A stretch of DNA of 64,000 nt from Octopus vulgaris. Lineage: Eukaryota. The notes below the pieces were generated by a model that did not search any database, was not told the DNA's origin, and saw only the letters and a program-made list of their open reading frames with translations. This document shows positions 15,353 through 28,965 of the stretch, one piece after another. Position 1 is the first letter of the stretch; each line of letters opens with the position of its first letter. The DNA is taken from assembly GCA_951406725.2 (NCBI GenBank), contig OX597816.1, positions 3,348,001 through 3,412,000 of the forward strand, given 5' to 3'. A program made the translations under genes and the position numbers.

Positions 15353-15555
15353 TATGTATGTATGTATTTATGTATGTATGTATGTATGTATGTATGTATG
15401 TATGTATGTATGTATGTATGTATGTATGTATGTATGGATGGATGGATGTACGTGTGTATATGTGTGTGTCTATAAATTAATATATAGAATTGTCTTGTAC
15501 CTATAAGTAGAAAAGAGTGTATATATATATGCGTGTGTATATATATATTCTTTCC

Positions 15556-15762
15556 TTCTTTTATTTGTTTCAGTCATTTGACTGTGGCCATGCTGGAGCA
15601 CCGCCTTTTAGTCGAATAAATCGACCCCCCCCCTGGACTTATTCTTTGTAAGCCTGGTACTTATTCTATCGGTCTCTTTGCCGAAGCATTAAGTTACGGG
15701 GACGTAAACACACCAACATCGGTTGTCAAGCAATGACTGGAGACAAACACAAACACACAAAC

Positions 15763-15818
<56 letters not shown>

Positions 15819-15960
15819 GACGGGCTTCTTTCAGTTTCCGTCTACCAAATCCACTCTCAAGGTTTTGGTTGGCCCGAGGCTATACTAGAAGACACTTGCC
15901 CAAGGTGCTACGCAGCGGGACTGAACCAAGAACAATGAGGTGAGAAGCAAGCTTCTAACC
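15556..15960 (-). mobile_element. Type-A SINE
   Basis: Matches the 24672 copy. Confidence 0.85.
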
Positions 15961-16099
15961 AGAGAGAGAGATACACTTGCATACATATATATGATTGCCT
16001 ATTGATGTACACACACACACACACACACACACACTGTTAAGAATGGTTGTCCGTAATACTAAAAGCGTATCTGCTCATCCATTTAGTCTTGTATTTACA

Positions 16100-16116
16100 A
16101 CTACTACTACTACTAC

Positions 16117-16174
<58 letters not shown>

Positions 16175-16239
16175 GCTGTTACTACTATTACTAATACTAC
16201 TGCTGTTGCTGCTGCTGCTACTCCCACCACCACCACCAG

Positions 16240-16270
<31 letters not shown>

Positions 16271-16820
16271 GTCGCCGCCGCTGCTGCCGCCACTGCAACA
16301 ACGACTCCTGTGGATTACAAAGGAAGCACTCACTACACCCCTTCCAACTATGGCCCTCATTACGACAGCCATCAAGATTACCGCTAAAGTCAGCACCAAT
16401 ACCGTCAATGGTATTCTTATTGCCATTATATACCAACTACAATGAAAACTGCAACCACCACCCCCGCCACCACCACCACCACCACGACCAACACCAACAG
16501 CAACACCGCTACCACTACCACCACCACCGCCACCACGACCAACAACAACACCACCACCACCATCACCATTACCACCACCATCGCTACCATCACCCCTCCC
16601 ACCACAGCTACCATGAAAGCCACTGCAGACAACAGCCACCAGACTACAACCACGACCAATACCAACGCAGATGGCCATCAATACTTCCAGAGAGAGAGGA
16701 ACCTCCACCACCACCACCACCACCACCACCACAACAACGAATACCACTAGCACCACCACCACCACCACCACCACATCCACCCCCATTTCAGCTCAAACAA
16801 CAGCAACAACAACAACTATA
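16100..16820. repeat. Compound trinucleotide repeats (CTA/CTG/CAC/CAA)n
   Basis: Direct reading; open in several frames on both strands. Confidence 0.9.
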
Positions 16821-17042
16821 AAAACCAGGCCAACACTTAGCACAAAGCAAACAAACAAGGTCACAAACAAATGAGTGTTGTAAAAGCTGGACCGGAAATT
16901 GTTGTTTTGTATGAATTATTAAAACGAAAGCCTTCTCTTCAAATTATACAAGAATGGAGTACATATGTGCACAAACATGGCGCACATTATTTATGCAAAT
17001 TTTGATTTTACAACGTTGTAACTAATTCTAACATTGGCACAA

Positions 17043-17587
17043 GGCGTGGCTGTGTGGTAAGAAGCTTGTTTTCCAACCCACATGGTTTCAGGTTCAGTCT
17101 CACTGTATGGCACCTTGGGTAAGTGTCTTCTATATTCCGCCGAGGTCGACTTTGCTTTTCATCCTTTCGGGGTCGATAAATTAAGTACCAGTTACGCACT
17201 GGAGTCTATGTAATTGACTTAATCATTTTGTCTGTCCCCTCTATGTTTAGCCCCTTGTGGACAATAAAGAAGTATATAATAGCCACGGCTGATCAAAGCC
17301 TTCAGACGGAAACTGAAAAAAGCCCGTTAAGTGTGTGTATGAGTGTGTGTGAGTGTGTGTGTGTGTGTGTGTGTGTCATTGTGTCATTGTGTCTATGTTT
17401 GTCCCTCACTACCGCTTCACAACCGGTGTTGGTGTGTTTACGCCCTCATAACTTGGTGGTTAGAACAGAATAAATATCCAGCTTTAAAAAAATTAAGTAG
17501 GGTGGGGGGTCGATTTGTTTGACTAAACTACTTCAAGAGGGTGCTCCAGCATGGCCGCAGTCTAATGACTGAAACAAACAAAAAGTA
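17043..17587 (+). mobile_element. Type-A SINE interrupted by a 5'-truncated type-B SINE (~17135-17272)
   Basis: The A head stops at gtgtcttctat and resumes at tagccacggctgatcaaagcc. Confidence 0.8.
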
Positions 17588-17864
17588 AAAAAAAAAAATA
17601 GGAACAAGGAGTGAAACTTTTGAGGTGGGAGAAAATTTAGGTATTTTATCGAATTTGGGAGGAGGAAAAGCGGAAATCGATTATGGTGGGGCTGGGGTTT
17701 GAACTCATGTTGTAGAAATCTGGGACAAATATTTTCAGGTGTTTTGATCGATGCTCTACCGATTCTGCCATTCCACCTCCCCTTATAAATTAATTACACT
17801 GATAAAATTATCTTTTAGATATACCTGACCGAAATAAATACCGAAAATATTAGTTGTAGAGTTA

Positions 17865-18314
17865 AGGCGGCGAGTTGACAGAATGGTTAACACGCCGGAC
17901 AAAATGCTTAGCGGCATTTCGTTCGTCTCTACGTTCTGAGTTCAAATCCCGCCGAGGTCGACTTTGCCTTTCATTCTTTCGGGGTCGATAAAATAAGCAC
18001 CAGTAAAACACGGGGGTCGATGTACTCGACTTGGTCCCTCCCCCAAAATAGCTGGTCATGTCAAACTAATATCTGTTTTGAAGGCGGCGAGCTGGCCAAA
18101 ACGTTACCACGCCGGGCGAAATGCGTAGCCGTATTTCGTCTGCCGTTACGTTCTGAGTTCAAATTCTGCCGAGGTCGACTTTGCCTCTCATCCTTTCGGG
18201 GTCGATAAATTATGTACCAGTTACGCACTGGGGTCGATGTAATCGACTTGATCCGTTTGTCTGTCCTTGTTTGTCCCCTCTATGTTTAGCCCCTTTAGTG
18301 GGTAGTAAAGAAAT
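17865..18314 (+). mobile_element. Two type-B SINEs (17865-18060 short tail; 18082-18314 long tail)
   Basis: Family match. The second copy is flanked by the direct repeat caaactaatatctgt (18062 and 18316). Confidence 0.9.
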
Positions 18315-18397
18315 ACAAACTAATATCTGTCATGATTGAATTAAATATTGATCCAAACAATCGTTTGCTTCGATCAATTTTTTAAAAATATTTATAA

Positions 18398-18592
18398 ATG
18401 CAACACGGAATTTTGGTCGCGGTTTCAAAGCGATGAAAATATTTTGGCAAATTTATTTTAAATGTTGAAATGAATCTAACGGTTTTTGTGTGTTTCTTAA
18501 ATGGCTTATAAACACCTTCCACGCTGCAATTGTTTTCGTTCCAGTACACCATCTCAGATCAGGTCACTTGCTATGCAAGTACATCTCCGTAA
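18398..18592 (+). mobile_element. Fragment of the G3-C8 hammerhead element family, core deleted
   Basis: Near-identical to 50913-51090 but lacks gtcagtgaaca. Confidence 0.8.
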
Positions 18593-19261
18593 TTATAGAT
18601 AACTATATTAGATAAATTTCGATCGTCTTCGTACCATAGTTTACACCCTTTATCTGATCTTATATAATAATTCAGTGGTTTTTAAGGCCAACTTATTCTT
18701 GATTTGATGCGTACGCTGTAGAAAGTGATGACGAGTTTCTGGTCTACCAATTTTGCGGTACGTGTTCGATTCTCAGTTGGCAACTTTAGTTCAGTTTCCC
18801 CACCTTCGATTGTGCAATTTCTGTTCCTAACTAATAATAATAACGCTTCTAAGTTTTAGCACAAGTTCGAGGATTTGGAGTGGGGAGGTGTTAGTTTGTG
18901 AGCCTAGCGCTAAGTTTGTACTTACTATAACGATTCCGAAAATACGAAACGCAAGGTGGACACAGCGGAATTTGAACTCAGAACGTAAAGAGCCGAAATA
19001 AAATAACTGCCCGGCATATTTTGTTCGCTGCCCAACCAATCCACTAGATTTTCCAATGGCATATTGTATGCATCAGTATTTGACGTGACACACCCACCTC
19101 ACAAGAATTTCTATTGGAAGTATAGGTTTCGAGTTATACTCTCTGAATAACATTTCCTCGGAATATTTTACCATATATGTTACAATCTTACTAATTTTGG
19201 TTTCACATGAGGGAATTTTTCCGACATATGTGTTTTCAAGATGTTTTAATATAGACTGGAC

Positions 19262-19360
<99 letters not shown>

Positions 19361-19399
19361 ATTATATTGACCTCGTGAAGACGACCTGCAATTTTTTTT

Positions 19400-19581
19400 T
19401 ACCTGTCCTCCATCATTTAAAAAGAATTCAGTCTCACATGTGATCTTCGCATTTCTATGCTTTCATGTGTCCGACGAAATATAAGCTCGAAACGTCATTA
19501 CCCTCCTTCTTCCATTTTCCTGAGCGCCTAATAATAATAATACTGTAATTGTTCCACGTGTTGTTGTTTTTTATATGTTTT

Positions 19582-19585
<4 letters not shown>
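19400..19585 (+). mobile_element. Penelope-like terminal repeat with a degenerate HHR
   Basis: ccgacga..gctcgaaacgtc, then cctgagcg..ccacgt..gttgttttt as at 43080. Confidence 0.5.
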
Positions 19586-19676
<91 letters not shown>

Positions 19677-19854
19677 GGCATGTATATATACATACAAACA
19701 TGTATGTGTGTGTGTGTCTGCGTGTGTGTAAAGCACACACCTTTCTTATATTAGTTCAAACGTTTTTTAAAAAGATATTAAATAGCAAAGATTTCAATTT
19801 TATTAACATATGTTAATAAAAATATATTTCAAGTGATCATATACCAACATCTTC

Positions 19855-19911
<57 letters not shown>

Positions 19912-20250
19912 TTAAACAAACACGCGTTCACCTGGAAATCAGAAATATCGATTTACCATAATTTACCATAATGTTTTTGTTAATTCTGAGGTCGTAGTTG
20001 ATTTGCTAAAAGTCAAGACCGTTCCAACCGTAACCGTCCAATCTTTTTGTGCATGAAGGGATCACAAGACCACATTATTTAACTGTCCCTTTTTATGATA
20101 ATACGACGTAATTTGAGAGAGATTTTGGCTGTTATTTCTTGCATATCGAATCAGCATCTACAGACACCTGCATTGTCTGGTTAATTCTGAGGTCACCATC
20201 ATTAATAGTATATGAAGATGTGTTTGTGTATGCGTGTATATATATATATA

Positions 20251-20283
<33 letters not shown>

Positions 20284-20678
20284 ATGTACATGTGTGTATG
20301 TCTGTGCGTCGATGTTGACCAGTGTTGCAAACAAAGAGCGCCATGATGTTGCTAGTTTGATTGATGACATGGCGTTGCTGTTAAAGCGGTGAGTCTTTCT
20401 GTTTGGTCAGCTGAGCAGCAATTTTAAACCACTTATAACGGTGGATGTGTGTGTATGTGTGTGTGTGTATGTATATATATATGTATATACATATGAATAC
20501 ATACATACACCCACACGCATATGTAATTAACATGTATATAAACAGGTATATATATATATATATATATTTCATTATGGCGCAAATAATTTACGAGAAGGTA
20601 GACATGTTTAGCATGTCCTTTGATTAGTTTTAATATATATACGTATGTATATATGCATATATATGTGTGTATATGCGA

Positions 20679-20724
<46 letters not shown>

Positions 20725-20926
20725 CTGTACGTGTGTGTATGAATAGATATATATATTAACTTATATAGATATATATATTAACTTAGCGGTTCGGCAAAAG
20801 AGACTGATAGAACAAGTACTAGGCTTACAAAGAATAAGTCCTGGGGTCGATTTGCTCGACTAAAGGCGGTGCTCCAGCATGGCCACAGTCAAATGACTGA
20901 AACAAGTAAAAGAGTAAAGAGTAAAA

Positions 20927-20974
<48 letters not shown>

Positions 20975-20987
20975 GCATACATATATA

Positions 20988-21026
<39 letters not shown>

Positions 21027-21338
21027 TCTTACATACATATGCGAACACACAGAGTAAGATTCAAGTCCCTTTAGTAAAGATGCAAAATGGTTAACGACAG
21101 AAATCAATGGAGCTAAGTAGAGATTCTAAATGTACCCCTCGTCCTCCAGTTCCTCTGTTAAAACCCCTCATCACCTCACAACCCTCATCATCCCCGACCC
21201 CGGTTTACAATTATCGAATTCTTCTGACTCCCGTAGCTCCGTTGGCTGCCACGGCTCAGGAGTTTCAGCATAGTTAGTCCACCTCTCTGGAACCATGGAA
21301 CTGCGAGCAGCAGCGAAAACCATCAGCCGCACACACAC

Positions 21339-21419
<81 letters not shown>

Positions 21420-21437
21420 CACACACACACATTTATA

Positions 21438-21760
21438 CAGGATATCCTCGAAAATATTTACACATTTGAATAGCTGATAACTCGCTTAATTTTTACTTCT
21501 TTTTCGATTCAACTCATTAGAAACAATGACGGGAGCCAGACTAGGCTTTAGAAACAGGAAATTTGTCATAATTTGCTGCCGGAAGTTAGGAAACGCAATC
21601 GAAGTGCAAAGGTAGATTAAGCGGGAGTTTGGAACAGACCCCTCCACGTGACTTGCCGTCCCTCGAATTAAAAATGTGAAGCAGAGGGAACTTTCCAGAA
21701 GGTTCTACAGCAAACGTTCCAGAAGACCGGAACATCGAGGATCCCCACAAAGAAAGAAAG
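21438..21760 (+). mobile_element. Tc1/mariner-superfamily transposon 5' relic
   Basis: Begins TA|CAGG. Degenerate translation KFVI..NAIEVQR*IKREFGTDP..EAEGT resembles the N-terminal HTH of these transposases. Confidence 0.7.
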
Positions 21761-21941
21761 GATATTAGGAACTTAGTCCCAGAGTTGAAGAAAATCTGTG
21801 CGGCAAGCGAGTTGTGAGATGAAATATTCAGAGATTCAATGAGAGCGATTACATATTATAGAGTAAGAAGTTGGAAAAATTATGTCTTAAAAATCCCAGC
21901 AGAGATGAGTTCATAATGGAAACAATATTGTATTAGTAAAT

Positions 21942-22090
21942 ACGTTCTGTGTTCGAATTCCGCCGAGGTCGAATTTGTCTTTAATCCTTTCGGGGTCGAT
22001 AAATTAAGTACCAGTTGCATACTGAGGTCGATCTAATCGACTGGTCCCTTCCCCCAAAATTTCGGGGCCTTGTGCCCAGAATAGAAAAGA
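21942..22090 (+). mobile_element. Type-B SINE, 5'-truncated, short tail
   Basis: Family match. Confidence 0.8.
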
Positions 22091-22104
22091 GTATTGTATT
22101 GATG

Positions 22105-22545
22105 GATAAATAGATAAAGTACAGCGATGAGCATTAAAGAAATGTTTTGAAAGTTCTTACGATCGTTTCATGAATATTTTGCCTCTCAAAGCGAAATCTG
22201 AAGTTGAAAAGCAATATTAGAAAGTCTATCCCCTCACCAGAGGAAAGGATGAATTTCAGTGAAGGAAATTCGAATGAGGGAAATGCTATTTAAAATCGAA
22301 TGAGAAAGATGTTTCAAAATTGTTCGTATAAATCTATGTTGGTATAAATTTGAGCGAAAAGTTTTGAAAAAAATAAGATAAAGATAGGCGCAGGTAAAAA
22401 TCCGTAATTGCTGTGTAGAGATGGAATTCCCATAATCCAATTCTTCTTCCATTTTGAGAGGTTGTATATTCATGAAACGAACGGAAGAACTTTTAGAACG
22501 TTAAAAAAATGTTTTCTATTGATCGTAGATGTACTTTATTTATTT
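22105..22545. repeat. Diverged inverted repeat carrying HHR stem-III remnants
   Basis: 22144-22196 versus 22447-22499; minus arm reads tgaaacgatcgtaagaac. Confidence 0.6.
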
Positions 22546-22671
22546 CTAATGATCTTAGGTGTACTTAATTTCTTTCTTAATACAATATTACTTATATTAT
22601 GTACGGTGGTTTTTAAGATATAACTTTACCAACATTTTACTCTCTAATATATATATATATATATATATATG

Positions 22672-22969
22672 TAGGGAGATGTACTCGCATAGTAAGTGAT
22701 ATGATCTGAGATCGTGTGCTGAAACGAAAACAATTGTAGCGTGGAAGGTGTTTATAAGCCATTTAAGAAACACACAAAAGCCGTTCGATTCACTTCAACA
22801 TTTAAGTTTAATTTGTCAAAATATTTTCGTCGCTAAAATCGCGACCTGTTCACTGACAAAAATCCGTCTTGCGAAAATATTTTGACAAATTAAACTTAAA
22901 TGTTGAATTGAATCGAACGGCTTTTGTGTGTTTCTTAAATGGCTTACAAACACCTTCCACGCTGCAATT
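22672..22969 (-). mobile_element. Fold-back element in (TA)n with a G3-C8 hammerhead
   Basis: Arms 22732-22829 and 22872-22969; both ends abut (TA)n. Confidence 0.85.
22812..22860 (-). ncRNA. Minimal type I hammerhead ribozyme, G3-C8 core variant
   Basis: uuuguca GUGAACA g gucgc gauuuua gcgac GAA aauauu U ugacaaa: 7-bp stem I, 5-bp stem II, palindromic stem III. Confidence 0.7.
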
Positions 22970-22994
22970 ATATATATATTTATAAATTTATAAA

Positions 22995-23290
22995 TGAGGG
23001 TGAAAAATTTGATATTAATTTAACAATACCATCAATTTAACACCAAGTGGCTTAGCACATAAAACTAGGGAGATAATACAAATTTATACATAAATTATAA
23101 GAGAGTTACTACTATGTGGATAGCTCTAGTGCTAAAAATAGCTCCGTTACTAGTATAGCCACAGAAAGATGTTTCCAAGAAGAAATAACATTACATTTAA
23201 CGGAAGGAAAGTGAAATATTTCTGTGGCTATACTAGTAACGGAGCTATTTTTAGCACTAGAGCTATCCACATAGTGGTAACTCTCTTATA

Positions 23291-23298
<8 letters not shown>
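22995..23298. mobile_element. Fold-back element between (TA)n tracts
   Basis: ~80-bp near-perfect arms at ~23089-23167 and ~23219-23297, plus a one-sided extension related to 34837-34910. Confidence 0.8.
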
Positions 23299-23363
<65 letters not shown>

Positions 23364-23399
23364 CACACACATACACTCATAACAAGCATTCCACCGCAT

Positions 23400-23705
23400 A
23401 CAAGTGTTCCAGATGAACTGGATCAACGGAACAGTCTATTTGTGAAGTTAATGTGCAAGTGGCTGAGTACTCCACAGACACGTGTACCCTTAACGTAGTT
23501 CTTATGGAAATTCAATATGACACAAAATATGACAAAGCTGGCCCCTTTGAAATTACGGGTACAACTCGTTTCACTCAGTTGAGTGGACTGGAGCAACGTG
23601 AAATAAAGTGTCTTGCTCAAGGATACAACGCGTCACCAGGAATCGAACTCACGACCTTACGATCTTAATCGGAATCCCCTAAACCATTAAGCCACACGCA
23701 TTCAC
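23400..23705 (-). mobile_element. Chimeric tRNA SINE (CORE-like middle, type-C tail)
   Basis: gtgtcttgctcaagga..ggaatcgaactc head; tail matches 54925-55100. Confidence 0.75.
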
Positions 23706-24671
23706 CCTCGTATACGCATACACACACACACATACATACGTATACGCACACATACCCTCATTCATATACATTGAAGAAGGAAAAAGCGAACGGCATCATT
23801 CTCGCTTCGTCCCTTAATTACCAATATTTTCTAACCCCAACCCATCAACTACTGCTCCTCTCTCTTCCCTCTCTCTCTCTCTCTCTCTTCTCTCCCTCCC
23901 TCCCACCCTACGTACCCATCCACTTACCTATGTTTCTACCTTCCTACCTTATATACCTATGTATCACCTTTCTAGCTACCAAACAATCTACCCACCCGTC
24001 CACCTACCTTCAACTTACCTCTAACCTACCTATCAATCTCCACTCCCACCCACACACCCGCCTTGTACCTGCTCATATCCTACCCCACTCCACCCCTACC
24101 TACCCATGCTCTTCTACCAACCTTTGTCTCTTCCTATTTTCCTATTTGCTTTTTCTAAACGATGTTACATCTACTTACCTCCTCCCTACCACTTTCCTTC
24201 CCTTCCTGCCTCCCTACTTACCATCCCATTCAATGTCTTTCCCACTCACCCATCCACCCACTTAAATATTTACCTGCCTATCACTTACCTTTGTCTCACC
24301 TGTATTTATGTCAACCTGTTATACTCCTCAATTAGACTAAAATTTCTGAGACATAAAATAAATACCTGTGAATTTGTGACGCGCATGCTTAGAAGAGCTA
24401 TCTCAAACAATGAGACTAGAAAAAAAAGGAAATTCGAAGTTGTGGCATTCATGCCTGTTCCAAATGCAGAAATGGATTTAAATGAGGAATTTGAGACTAA
24501 AAATCTATAGTTTTTCAGTCCTTGTTACCGTTGGGTGAAATACGAAATTTTAATTCTGATGAAATACCTTATATTTTTAAGGAAGCGGGGTACGGAGGGG
24601 ATGGAATTTATCTAAACAGCTAAATCTTTCTCAATTTACACCGCGCAAAGAAAGGGTACAAATAATAACAT

Positions 24672-24837
24672 AGGCGCAGGAGTGGCTGTGTGGTAAGTAG
24701 CTTGTCTACCAACCACATGGTTCCGGGTTCAGTCCCACTGCGTGGCACCTTGGGCAAGCGTCTTCTACTATAGCCTCGGGCCGACCAAAGCCTTGTGAGT
24801 GGATTTGGTAGACGGAAACTGAAAGAAGCCCGTCGTA

Positions 24838-24907
<70 letters not shown>

Positions 24908-25120
24908 TGTGTCTGTGTTTGTCCCCCTAGCATTGCTTGACAACCGATGCTGGTGTGTTTATGTCCCCGTTACTTAGCGGTTCGGCAAAAGAGACCGATA
25001 GAATAAATACTGGGCTTACAAAAGAATAAGTCCCGGGGTCGAGTTGTCGATTAAAAGGCGGTGCTCCAGCATGGACACAGTCAAATGACTGAAACAAGTA
25101 AAAGAGTAAAGAGTAAAAGA
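24672..25120 (+). mobile_element. Type-A tRNA-derived SINE, full-length reference copy
   Basis: A box tggctgtgtggt, B box ggttcagtccc, CORE-like caccttgggcaag, internal (TA)(TG) tract, (agtaaa)n tail. Confidence 0.92.
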
Positions 25121-27124
25121 GTCTGAGATACACAAATAAGTCGTGGTGGTCACGACAGGAATATATTTAGTCACAGGTCTGCTCACCCAGTGTTTGTATG
25201 TGGGGTGGACAAGGACAAAAATCCCCTTGGTACATTACTGGTATTTATTCAATTGACTGAGAAAAGGTAAAATGCGGGGTGAAACCCGGAAGAATTTGAA
25301 CCTGGAACGTAGAAGTCGTGATGAAATGCTGCAAAACAAAGATGCTGTGCCGCGCGGCACCATTTGAGGCAATGGAAGAATTGAGGTTTTGTCGATCTTT
25401 TATCTATTATCTCTTACTCGTTTCAGTCATTAGACTGTGGCCATGCTGGGGCAGCTCCATGAAGAATTTTAGTCGAACGAATGGGGCCCATTCTAGCTTT
25501 TTTTTTTTTTAAGCCCGGTATTTTTTCTATCGGTCACTTTTCCTGAACCGCTAAGTTACGAAGAAGTTGATAGAAGTAATATTTCCGATATTGCAGTAGT
25601 TTTCATGCATAGGTAGAGCCTCCGTCGAACTCGACGACGAGCATTCGACTGTATGACGAAATGCATCCCTTCTTTCGAAATTAACATGTAAGTGGCAGAA
25701 TATTCCGCAGACAGGTGAAGCCATTTAACATAATTTTCTGACCGAAACAGAATAACACAGTGAACCGAGGCGGGACCTTTAAATAAAAGGTATAATCCGG
25801 GTGGGGGAGAGAAAGAGGGGGGAAGGGAGAGAATAATTTATTAAAGTCTTAATCTGGTTGTTTAGTTATTGATAAGCCCCGCGCTGTGACAACGTGACCT
25901 TGTCTGTGTGACTGGCACGTATGGCGCGCCTCACCGACCGACCGACCGACCCCGGTTGCTGTGTCTGTCCATTATTTATCAGTAGTGGAACAGCCCACTT
26001 CTCACTTGGGGCTGTCCGCCACAACAGTTATTGAGACGGAAGGGTGAATGGCAAAGATGAGCAAGGGCAGAATTTGAACGCTTGAGTGTTGTGGGATGTG
26101 AGGTTGATTTGCGAAGATTCCATTTGTTCGTTTTGCTTGGCCCAGTTTGATGTCACCAAGAAGATAGGAAAAAATCATTCACCACCACCACCACCACCAC
26201 CACCATCTCTTGATGAGACGCTGTGTGATCTCAATATTCTAAGATTCATTTGAAATCTTTCCTGGCAGTTCGGTGGACAGCGGTTTTACATAACATCATC
26301 CATTTTCGATCTATTACTGGATGCACCTCATCCCCTTGTTACCAATTCGTCTCTGTTGGTTGTTGGTCTACCCGTTCACATTGTTCATTTGTGGGTTGAC
26401 GCTAGTCCCATGGTCAGGTAATTCGCCCATCGGCTTCCTGGGTAGAATTTGAACTGAGAACACAAACAACCAGAACAGATACTGCACGGATTCCGCCCGA
26501 CGACCCAACGCTTTCGCCAGTCGATAACACTTCGCCTCTACTTTATCTATCGATCTCTGATAGATTGGAAAGCAAAGTTAACTTTGGCAGAATTTGAACT
26601 GAAAGCGACAAAAACAGGAAACGAACGACGCAAGTGCTTTTCTCTCCGATGCTCTAACGACTCAACCAATTTTCTGAGATATCTACGGAGGAATAAGTCA
26701 CAAGAAAATACCTACAATGGATTCAAAACTAGGACCGTTAAGTTAGTAGATCAATCGTTTATCCATTCAACCATTTCCTTTCTACTTAAACAAGACCAAA
26801 CCCTTCACAAACTTACAAGAGCCCTTTTGTAGAGGTCCTTCGAAGTGTGAAACATTTCCGTACGGTTGTACACAACGTGTGTAAGCATGCGTGTATTTAT
26901 GTGTGTCACCGCACCATTCATTTCAAATGCAGATATCATGGCAAATCTCCGCAGCGTTTCAATTTATGACTCCATGCTTGTATGATTAATCTGCCTGCTC
27001 ACCTACCGACCTATCCACCTACTCACCTATCTAACTTCCCTCCCAGTTACACCCACCTACCTATCGGGGCTGGGCTAAACTACAACGAGACCTGTAGCAT
27101 ATGTTATAAAAGGGGCTCTCTTTC

Positions 27125-27542
27125 TCTTTTTACTTGTTTCAGTCATTTGACTGCGGCCATGCTGGAGCACCGCCTTTAGTCGAGCAAATCGACCCCGGGA
27201 CTTATTCTTTGTAAGCCCAGTACTTATTCTATCGGTCTCTTTTTTGCCGAACCGCTAAGTGACGGGGACGTAAACACACCAGCATCGGTTGTCAAGCAAT
27301 GTTGGGGGGACAAACACAGACACACAAACATATACACACACAAACATATACACACACATACATATATATATATATACATATATACGACAGGCTTCTTTCA
27401 GTTTCCGTCTACCAAATCCACTCACAAGGCATTGGTCGGCCCGAGGCTATAGTAGAAGACACTTGCCCAAGATGCCACGCAGTGGGACTGAACCCGGAAC
27501 CATGTGGTTGGTTAGCAAGCTACTTACCACACAGCCACTCCT
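27125..27542 (-). mobile_element. Type-A SINE, full-length
   Basis: Near-identical to the 24672 copy. Confidence 0.92.
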
Positions 27543-27761
27543 CTGAATATTTTTTTTAAAAGGGGGCGCTACATTATGAAACCTCGCTATTTTATCGAAT
27601 TACAATTATGTTTATCGATCAAACTGTTTATTAAAACAAACAATCCAGAACCCCTAAGATTAAGGACCCCTAAGAAGGGGTTCGGTTGGAGAAATCGGTC
27701 GTCATTGATCTTCTAAATATGTATTTCTCTGGAGAGCTGAATAATATCTTGTGTCTTTTAG

Positions 27762-28130
27762 CTTTTCCTTGTCTCAGTCATTAGACTGCGGCCATGCTGG
27801 AGCACTGCCTCGAAGTCTTTAGTTGGACAAACCAAACCCAGTTTATATTTTAAGCCTGGTACTTATTACATCGGTATCTTTTATCGAACCACTAAGTTAC
27901 TGGTAAGTAAACAAACCAGCACCAACACTGTCAAGCGATGATAATGATAGTGGTGACACACACACACACACACACATTCGACGGGCTTCCACGCAGTTTT
28001 CGTCTACTAAATTCCCTCATAAGGCATTGATCTGCCCGGGTCTGTAGCAGAATATGTTTGTCCAATGTGCCACGTAATGGGACTAGACTTGAAACCACAT
28101 GGTTGCAAATCGAGTGCCTTAACCACAGAG
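27762..28130 (-). mobile_element. Type-A SINE, diverged
   Basis: Family motifs gactgcggccatgctggagca and ctggtacttatt. Confidence 0.75.
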
Positions 28131-28423
28131 CTATCAATGTGGCTATAATCCTATGAATCAAACTGCGTATTTACAAACTAATGTATAGAGATCTGCTGGT
28201 ATAAGGAGTCGTAGACGAAATGAATCTAGGAGGTTCACTGTTTGTTATTTATGGTAAACCTGGAGGACGACGTGGTTTGGATGCAGTAAACCATGAGGAG
28301 CATTTGAACAGAGGGACCCGGTCCTCCACAGATCCTCATTTCGTTTTAAACCAAACCTAAAATAGCAGAGTTTAAATGTTAAAACTTTACGGGAAATGAT
28401 TAATGTATATCAACTGTATATTG

Positions 28424-28462
<39 letters not shown>

Positions 28463-28556
28463 CGTACATACATATATACACACACGTATACATACATATA
28501 TATATATACATATGTATGTATGTATATGTATATATACATATACATACGTATTTATA

Positions 28557-28607
<51 letters not shown>

Positions 28608-28640
28608 TGCTTGCATGTATATATATATAAATATGTTTGC

Positions 28641-28696
<56 letters not shown>

Positions 28697-28965
28697 CATG
28701 TGATCGATTAGATTATCGGATGTTGTTATACCTCGCTGGTCACAATGCGCTCTACTTCGTTTTTAGCTTTCGAATGATGTAACTCCTTCTGGCTGGGTGC
28801 GCAGGCCAACATTCGTCCGTTGCAGTGTGACCCATTTACAGCTGAGTGGACTGGAGCAACGTGAAATGAAGTGATTTGCTCAAGAGCACAACGTGCCGCC
28901 CTGTCCGGGAATCGAAACGACAATCATACAATCTTGAGTGCAACATGTCTAACTACTCGGCATGC
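28697..28965 (-). mobile_element. tRNA SINE with a CORE-like domain and an RTE-type tail
   Basis: B-box complement gggaatcgaaac; tail matches the 3' end of the RTE at 61190. Confidence 0.75.

Noticed and set aside
15995-16874. Mucin-like or His/Pro-rich ORFs
   Set aside because: Trinucleotide repeats open in most frames on both strands, with no domain or splice support.
24620-24977. Recurrent peptides such as [17 protein letters not shown] and RPRKDERQSRPRRNLNSE
   Set aside because: Antisense translations of SINE copies, not a gene family.
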